Positions 22,076 to 33,410 of a DNA stretch of 33,410 nucleotides are shown here, piece after piece. The stretch's first letter is position 1. Every line of letters begins with the position of its first letter. The notes under the pieces are model-generated. The model did not search any database and had not been told where the DNA came from. It saw only the letters and a list, made by a program, of their open reading frames with translations. The position numbers and the translations under genes were made by a program. The stretch is from Balamuthia mandrillaris. Its lineage: Eukaryota. The stretch lies in contig JAVKOQ020000008.1 in assembly GCA_031835245.2 (NCBI GenBank), forward strand, positions 434,001 to 467,410. The letters are read 5' to 3'.

Positions 22076-22506
22076 TTTCTCAGATCTGTTTTTAGAATCT
22101 TACTTTCGAACGCGCTAACTCATTTTTATTAAATCCAAACGAAATAGAGGCTGCACGGTTAGCGGGCTTACCTCCCGACGTGATGTCCTACAAGGAAAAG
22201 CGAGAGCTACCACAAACTGCAAGCGAGCCCGAGTCCTACGTCCAAGTTCGAAACGCGATCCTCTTGAAATGGCACGACAACATGAAAGAGTACCTCACCA
22301 AGAAAGAGGCCGCATCTGGACTGCAGGTATTCACATCTCATCTTTCTTTTTTCACCTCCTGTTTGAGATTTACGTTTGCTGATCTTTTGTGATTTTTCCA
22401 ACAGAAACGGTTCGTCAAAACAGCGCACAAAGCTCATGACTTTTTAACTCGTTATGGGTATATAAACACTGGAGTTTTTGATAACCCCCGTCAAGGTATA
22501 CTTTCC

Positions 22507-22537
<31 letters not shown>

Positions 22538-24585
22538 TCACTCACGTGATGGCGTTCTCATTTCATTTCGCTCCAACAATAAAAGAATGGGGAAGGGAAA
22601 GGGTGATTATAATTGGAGCTGGAGCCGCAGGTCTAGCTGCAGCCCGTCAGCTTCACCACCTCGGCTATAAGGTTACTGTGCTCGAGGCAAGAGACAGAGT
22701 AGGAGGTAGAGTGAACACAGATAAGCAAATGAGCGTGGACCTCGGAGCAATGGTAGTCACAGGAACTATCGGTAACCCTGTGGCTTTGCTTTGTAAACAA
22801 CTTGATCTTCCTTTGCATCCAGGTATGATCTCTCTCTCTCTCTCTCTCTCTGGCTTCTCATTTTTTGTAATGGACTCCAACTCTGAAACTATTATTCTTG
22901 TTTGTGCAGTGGGTGCCGCTTGTGCCATCTACGACAAAAACGGGCAACCAGTACCCTCAGCCACTGATCAAGAAATGGAACAGGCATTTAACAAGGCGTT
23001 GCAAGACACAGTTAAAGTACGACATTGGGACCTCGAACGTGAGCATAAGCCCAACGGGGTGTCTTACGCTCAATCCATGCACCCTCGACGTAAGCTTCGC
23101 ATGCGCAAACTCGTCCTTGATGATAACGCCTTATCGTCCTCCACGCATGTTTCCAACTCTTCACAACAGAGCAACAATAACAACGACCAACGACATCAAA
23201 ATAGTGTTGAGATCGAGGAATTGGAGCGTGTAAACGATAAGAAAAACGAAGCAGGAGGCACGCAGCTATTACAGCAACTGGAAAGGTACATGGACGTCAA
23301 GAACGGGATGGAGATGGAAGCCGAACAACCAACTGCAGGGATGGTGCAAGACAGGGAGGAAATAAAGGCGGAGAACATGAATAAGAAAGAGAAGGATTCA
23401 ACTGATGAGTTTTGTAGCGAGATGGAAGCAATGACGACAACGGTAACGAAGTTTGAAATGATGGAGCGTACACAAACAGGAACAATCACAAGAGAAGAGG
23501 TGCGAGAAACCAAAACGACGTTGATCATTAAAAAAGAGGTCGAAGCAGAGGAAGAAATTGGTGACGATGAGGAGGAACGCAAAAAGCCAGCCGAGAGAGT
23601 GTACAAAGACGTCGACGCCGATGGAGACCCCTCCGGTAGAACCGAAACCAAAGAAGAACAAGACGCCATGGACCAGTGTTCTTTGGGCAGAGCCTTTGAT
23701 CACATCCTTTACGCCACTGGAAAGGAGTTTTCAGAGTTGGAGCGTCAACTGTTTGACTGGCATGTGGCCAATTTAGAGTATGGCTGTGCTGCGGAGCTCG
23801 GCGACGTGTCGCTGCGCGAGTGGGATCAAGATGACCAGTATGAGTTTGAAGGTCAGCATTGCTTGTTGCCAAGAGGCTATAGTCTTGTTCTTGAAGAACT
23901 TGGCAAGGGTAGGCTCTCATTTCTTTTCAGTTCCCTCATTATTTCTTACCATATTGACCCTCGTTTTATTCTTTCTTCCAAAACAGGGCTGGACATTCGA
24001 TTTAATCAAGTGGTAACAAAACTACAGTATTCCGATGACAAAGTCATAGTATATACTTCACAAGGAGATCCCATCGAAGGCGATATCGCTCTGGTCACTC
24101 TTCCTTTGGGCGTCCTTCAAAAGGCTTGCTTCGAGCAAGAACAACTTCCCAACAATGCCGATGATGACAAGAAAAAAGAAAAAGGACTGTGTGCCTCTGC
24201 GTCGCCGGATCCCTACGAAGGCGTTCCTTCCTTTGATCCTCCATTGCCCAATTGGAAGCTTGGTGCCATCCGACGCATGGGCTTTGGTAACCTAAACAAA
24301 GTATGTCTCATGTTCGACGCTGTGTTTTGGGACGACGAGGCGGACTACTTTGGCTTCGCCGCTGACAGGACGGAGGCCAGAGGAGAGTGTTTCCTGGTTT
24401 ATAACATGAACAAATGTGCCAATAAGCCTATCCTTCTCGCACTTGTGGCTGGCTATGCTGCTTACGTTCATGAGCAGCGCTCCGATGAAGAGATTGTCTT
24501 GCAGGCCATGCAAGTTATTCGCAGAGTATTTTTTCTCTCTTTTCCTCCTATTTTAATCTGTTGATGCCTAGCTTAACTATTCTTA

Positions 24586-24644
<59 letters not shown>

Positions 24645-26332
24645 CCCTTAATATAGCTCTATCCATCAGCGCCAGAACCCGTAAAGACGGTGGTAACTCG
24701 ATGGGGCAGTGATCCCTTTGCGAGAGGGTCTTACTCCTACATTGCCGTTGGCTCCTCAGGTAGGGACTACGACCTTATGGCTCGCCCTGTCTCTCGCCGC
24801 TTGTTCTTTGCAGGAGAGGCTACGCAGCGAGAGCATCCCGCCACGGTGGCGGGGGCCTTTCTTAGCGGCCTTCGAGAAGCAGGAAGGATAGACAGAGCAT
24901 GGAGTGGACCAATTGAAGTCATTAAGAAGCAAAAGGCAAAGCAAAGAGGAGAAGAAGATGGGAAGGAAGAAGACTACTATAAAGGTAAGAGACGAACTGG
25001 AAGTAGTAGGAAACGGAAAGAATTGAACGCGAGTTTAAGTTCGGTAATGCCGAGCTTTAAGAAAAAGCCAAAGAAAGTACGAGAAGCGTTGAAGCAGCAA
25101 CAAAGAGAAGAGGAAGAAAAACAGAAAAATCAACAAAGCGCTGAAACGGATGAAGAAGACGAGGAGAATGATGAGCGTGACTCCAACAGGCGAAGAGATA
25201 ATTATGCATCGACCAGCAACAGAAACTCTTCTTTTTCTGACCGAAGTCGAAGCAGTTACAACAATAATAACAACTACAACCATAACAACAACTTTCATTC
25301 TCGCTCATCTTCTCATTATCCTCGTTCTTCGTCTTCTTCTCCATCTTCTTACCATCACCACAACAGACCTCATTTCCATCACCAATATAATCATCCATCC
25401 TCCACTCGTCCTCCTTCTGCTCCTCTCCAACCTTCCCCTCATTCACATATTCCTACTCCTTCTTCCTCTTTCCAAGCACATCAGCCACTTGCTTCTGCTT
25501 CTCTGCTTCCACCAATGAACAATCATCACTATCCGCCACATGCTGCTTCGCCATCGTCTGTTTATCCCCCTGCTCCATCTTCTCTTCCATATTTTAACCA
25601 CAATCTTCCTGTGAACTCCTCTACTTCTACTTCATCGTTTGGTTATACTATTCATTACGCTCAACAAGCACTTCTTCCCGACAACAATGTTGTTGCTGCC
25701 TCTTCGTCTTCCTCTTCTTTGAAATTGACTTCGTCTGATCCTCGGTTGAGAGCAACATTTGCAGCAACTGCTAAACTTTCATCGTCTTCATCACCTTCTC
25801 CATCGTCTTCATCATCATCATCATCGTCTGCTCACCAAAAGAAACATCGGCATAATCATCAAAACGGTTCTTCTTCGTCGTCTTTGTCTTCTTCAACCTC
25901 TAGCAAAGAAGCAGAAGCCAAATTTCGGAAGAACATTGGCAAGTGCATCGTCCAACACCTCAAAACCTATTTGGATTCTGGTTTGTACATTTTCTTACCT
26001 TTATTTCTCTCTTTTCATATTCTCATCAATATAAACTTTACACAGGACGAATCGCTTCGAAAGATGACTTTAAACATTTAGCCCGCAAACTCACCCATTT
26101 GGTGGTGGAAAAGGAACAGCGTCGGAGAGCCCAAAAATTGCTTACCAACAACAACAACAATTCCAACAGCCATTCTCAACCGCCACTGCCGCGATGCGAT
26201 GATAAGGTCAAAGCCAAAGTGGTTCGGTTTGTGGACAATTTCTTCGACCGATTGGATGGAGGTGTTTATGTCTCGCAGTCGTTGAAGCAGAAAACGTCAT
26301 CAGCAAGTTCCACTCCTGCTTTTGCAACATAG
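21870..26332 (+). CDS. LSD1/KDM1-family lysine-specific histone demethylase (SWIRM + FAD amine oxidase) with C-terminal SRI-like domain, 8 exons
   Basis: [33 protein letters not shown]-binding [35 protein letters not shown]; catalytic Lys motif [45 protein letters not shown]. Exons 21870-22035, 22148-22326, 22405-22495, 22586-22822, 22910-23908, 23987-24525, 24657-25980, 26046-26332. Confidence 0.93.
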
Positions 26333-26359
26333 ACTATGATATTTCTTTCTTTTTTTAAC

Positions 26360-27310
<951 letters not shown>

Positions 27311-27619
27311 TTGACTTCTTCGGAAACAGCGTTACTGTGCGGCGCTTTGTTGTTTTTCGTTCTTCTTGTTCTTCTTGTTCATCTTTTCTTCTGCTTCTTC
27401 TTCTTTTTTTCTTCTTCTATAACCAGTAGCAAGAGTCGATGGTCCGACCCGAAGTCCTTGCGGTGGCTTCGTGGTTTCGGGTTGCGCCACGCTGCGCCAA
27501 GTCATAGAAGAAGGCCTTTGATTCTCTTTTAGTGTTCCATCATCAACGACCCGTGAACAATCGACCCACGTGCTTGGCTTGTTCTCCTTCTCGCTCGACA
27601 ACCACCAGCACCGGTCTCT

Positions 27620-27656
<37 letters not shown>

Positions 27657-27697
27657 TTTCTCTTTTATGTTTCCTTCGCTGCAATATCACCATCCGC

Positions 27698-27789
27698 ACA
27701 AAGAGCTAATCTCCACCCTACCACAATCAGCTGATCATGCCTCTACCTTCAATGCATCTCTGGCTTCTATGACAAAGAGCTAATCTCCA
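27698..27789 (+). repeat. 18-bp direct repeat pair ACAAAGAGCTAATCTCCA (27698-27715 and 27772-27789)
   Basis: Two identical copies with starts 74 bp apart, in intergenic DNA. Confidence 0.85.
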
Positions 27790-27861
27790 ACGGCGGGATA
27801 CGCCCCGGATATCCGTGTTCTTATTCGTGCACTTGCTCTTGTTCTTCTTACTACTGGGTCT

Positions 27862-30154
27862 CTAGTGAAAGTTGGGAAGAAGTGGCCCACTAAATGTTTC
27901 ATAAAAGGGTCGTTTGATCTTCAAGAAGACATGCCTCTCATCGTGTGTTGTTTCAGCCTCGCATCCGCTGCACAAATCTTTTGTGTGAAACGTCAGGAAG
28001 ACAAGGGAGAAATGGGTGGAGAAGAGAGCAAAGACAAACCAAAAGAAGAACAATGACCACATTTGTATCGGACTCCCTGTGTTGTGTATGTATGTGTGAG
28101 AGAGGGTGCTTTTAAAAAAAAGGAATTCATACTTCAATGGGAGAAGCACCACAGCCGGCACAATGGATTCCAAAATGAGCTGAACGAAATGCATGAAGGA
28201 ATAAGTTCACCCAGTCATGCTTGAATAGGGTTGAATAAAGGGCAACTCTTTCAATCTCTGCTTCGTCATTAGTGCTGTCTATTTTGGTATTCTTTTCCTC
28301 TTCATACACCTTTTGTAGGTCTTCTTCTTTTCTTTCTTCTTCTTCATCTTCTTCATCTTCTTCTTCTTTATCTTTATCTTCATCTTCATCCTTATCATCA
28401 TCATCATCATCATCTTCTTCTTCTTCTTCTTCTTCAGTTGTCAATACTGGAAGGAATGGTTCCAATTCTTGCCACAGCTCCGTTGGCATGCTACTCTTCA
28501 TCTTCTCCATATTCCTCTCCCAGTTTTGCATGACCTGCTTGGCCACTGCCATCTTTGAGGCCTCCAACAATGATCTCACAGGCATGCCTTCCTTGTTCTT
28601 GTTCATCTCTCGCAACACCATCTCTCCCTCAAGCCTCACTTCTTCAGCGGCGAGAGGGGTTGCTTCCTGCAGGCGGTCAAGACACTTGCGAGCCTTCACA
28701 AACTGCGCTTTGCTTCTCCAGTGTTTGGCCATCCACAGCGAGGCCGCAGGATCCCTTGCTTTGGCCGCTTGCTTGCAGTACTCCACCCCTTGCTCCTCTT
28801 CTTTGTTGCTCGTGGCCTCGCAAAGATGGAGGCCCACCCGGAATTGAGCTTGGGGAAGGCCTTGTCGGGCGGAAGCAAGGAACCATTCCATGGCCTCCTC
28901 TTTCTTCCCCTTTGCTGCCAATCGCCGAGCGGTGAAGTATTGGGCGTGTGCGTGGTGCTGTTTGGCGGCGGCCAGGAACCATTTCCCTGCCTCTTCGTGG
29001 TCGGCGGTCGAGAAGTAGTCTCTACCTTTGGAAAAGGCCAAGGCCAGGTTGAACTGCGCGGAGGCATCTCCTACTCTCCTGGCCTTAAAGTACCAGAAGA
29101 TTGCTTTCCATCCACAGTGTGACAAGCGGGTGTGCTTGGGGAATGGAGGGTGTGCTCTGGTCACAGAGTCAAAGCTCCTCAAAAAACGGCTGTACCACTT
29201 GGCTGCAAGCTCGAGAATACCATCGTCGTTGGCCTGATGCCCAATCTGTGCAACGAGGGAACACAGCTTGCGAGCTGCCGGTTGGAAGCCTGTTTTAGCC
29301 AGTTCTCGCAGGAAGAGCAAGGCTTGCTCGGGGTCGCCCTTCGTCCCTTTGCCCTTGAGCAAGCATTTCGCCAGCTCGTACTTGGCCTTGGCGTGTCCTT
29401 GCTCCATGGCCGCTCGGTGCCACCTCACTGCTTCCTTCCATTGCACCTCCACCCCCTCCCCTCGCTGATAGCTTAAGGCCAGGTTGTACTGAGCACTTGC
29501 ACTACCTTGCTTGGCGGCAGCCTGGAACCACTGGAATGCTTCCTCATGATCCTTCGCCACTCCGTCTCCTCTGGCAAGGCACATGCCCAGGTTGTTCTGC
29601 GCGCCACGGCAGCCCCCCTCAGCTGCGGCTCTGTACCAGCGAACTGCTTCTTGCTTGTCTGCCTCAACACCGTACCCGAAATCATAGGCCAATGCCACTC
29701 TGAACTGGGCACGGGGCTTGCAGTGTCGGTGATGAGCTGCTTTGAGGTACCATTGCAGGGCTTCGCGGCGGTTCCTCCTCACGCCTTGCCCTTCTGACAA
29801 GCACCGTCCAAGCTTGTACTGGGCCTTGGGGTGCTCCTGTTGAGCTGCTGCGGTGTACCACTGAAAAGCCGCTTGCTCGCTTTTCTCTGCACCTCCTAAC
29901 CCCTTGGCGTAACAACGGGCCAAAAGGTATTGAGCTTGGGCCTCGCCTCTCGCGGCCGGCCCCACAAGCCGTGTAAAATCATCGAGCTCGGTCTCCAAGA
30001 AGGCCTCCGCTTGTGCTCCTGTTCCTTGGCTGGTTCTTAACCCTTTGCTTTCTGGTTGCTTTGCTTCCATGTCTTGCTTCTCCCCCTCCATCGGTACTTC
30101 TTCCTTATGCTCTATATTAATTACCCTTTGCCGAGAAGTGCATTGACCAGGCAT
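27862..30154 (-). CDS. Sel1-like repeat protein (about 9-10 repeats) with acidic tract and C-terminal ZZ zinc finger, 3 exons
   Basis: Repeats such as AQNNLGMCLARGDGVAKDHEEAFQWFQAAAKQG and AQYNLALSYQRGEGV. Exons 30154-28133, 28076-28040 and 27977-27862 give HFGIHCAGCGASPIE-GVRYKCGHCSSF-DLCSGCEAETTHDERHVFLKIKRPF. Confidence 0.9.
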
Positions 30155-30162
30155 GTTCCTCT

Positions 30163-30208
<46 letters not shown>

Positions 30209-30282
30209 AAGGGGAGAGGTAGTAAGATGCAATGTTGCTTTGGTGGCGATGGTTGTCTTGTTTCAATATTGCTTTGCTTTTC

Positions 30283-32840
<2,558 letters not shown>

Positions 32841-32850
32841 CTGCGAATCG

Positions 32851-32932
32851 GGTAAACGTCCCACCCCACAACGCTAAAAGTCCCACCCCTTCGGTAAACG
32901 TCCCACCCCTCAGGTAATTTACCCACCCTAAT
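32851..32932. repeat. Four ~20-bp tandem units with core GGTAAACGTCCCACCCC; possible transposon end
   Basis: Units start at 32851, 32873, 32893 and 32913. Units 1 and 3 share 17 identical bp. Confidence 0.8.
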
Positions 32933-33042
32933 ATGTATTTATAACAACCTATTATTTTTGTGCTATTTTGCCACCAAAGCGTGCGCTGGCCATTTTTTTA
33001 GAGAGTGGAGAAAAGGGATCAGAAAAATCAAAAATTTATTTT

Positions 33043-33410
33043 TTAGGGGGCTTTTTTTTTTCGTTTTGTTCTTTTGGCCAGTCTTTTCTTTGTCACGGTG
33101 GGCACCTTTTCTTCGTTCTGTTCTTTTTTTTGAGGAGAGAGGAGCTTCACGACCTGTGTTTTCTGGTACCGTGGGTTGGGCTTCAGTTGTCGTTTTGGAG
33201 AGAGAGGCTTCCTTTTGTCCACTCGGGGATCCTGGTAGTTCACCACGTGTGCGACGCCATAGATCTCTTCCGTTTTACAGTTCTTTTGCCATTGAGAGGT
33301 ACGCTTTGCTTTGCACTCTTCAAAAATGACAAAAATCAACTTCAGAAAAAGAATCTGCTTGATACAAAAAGTGACAAACATACCACTTTGCGTTTTTGTT
33401 TTTTGATTTT
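33043..33410 (-). CDS. 3' end of an unidentified spliced gene with a basic C-terminus, runs off the right edge
   Basis: GTATG..GAAG intron 33383-33318 joins NQKTKTQS to ECKAKRTSQW..KRTKRKKKAP*. Confidence 0.5.
   Translation of the reverse strand, partial: NQKTKTQSGMFVTFCIKQILFLKLIFVIFEECKAKRTSQWQKNCKTEEIYGVAHVVNYQDPRVDKRKPLSPKRQLKPNPRYQKTQVVKLLSPQKKEQNEEKVPTVTKKRLAKRTKRKKKAP

Noticed and set aside
30155..30232. N-terminal extension of the Sel1 ORF (MHLTT..SLSLSL)
   Set aside because: Starts at TTG and reads through a (CT)n tract; the first ATG is at 30154.
32851..32932. CRISPR-like array
   Set aside because: Units are contiguous with only 3-5 variable bases, there are no spacer-length unique segments or cas genes, and the context is eukaryotic.

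Overview
Gene-dense eukaryotic DNA with short GT-AG introns that are often filled with microsatellites. The style suggests an amoebozoan protist, but that is inference only. Spliced genes reconstructed by hand, in order: NEMF/Rqc2 (5' part, -); a single-exon F-box + CCDC97-like fusion (-); a ~2.6 kb Sola2-like DNA transposon with ~80-bp imperfect inverted repeats and a 3-exon transposase carrying an in-frame TGA (+); a small possible beta-grasp ORF (+); a stand-alone 92-aa ZZ zinc finger absent from the ORF track (+); an F-box + TMEM185-like membrane protein with a frameshift (-); SEC24 (-); a bacterial-type GT2-GT4 glycosyltransferase with a signal anchor (+); a CAP/SCP-like protein (+); a two-BRCT protein (-); an LSD1/KDM1 demethylase with a C-terminal SRI-like domain (+); a Sel1-repeat + ZZ gene and its tandem, internally deleted copy (-); and a beta-lactamase-family serine hydrolase whose 5' end abuts a 20-bp tandem repeat array (-). 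All family calls come from motif recognition; no searches were run.
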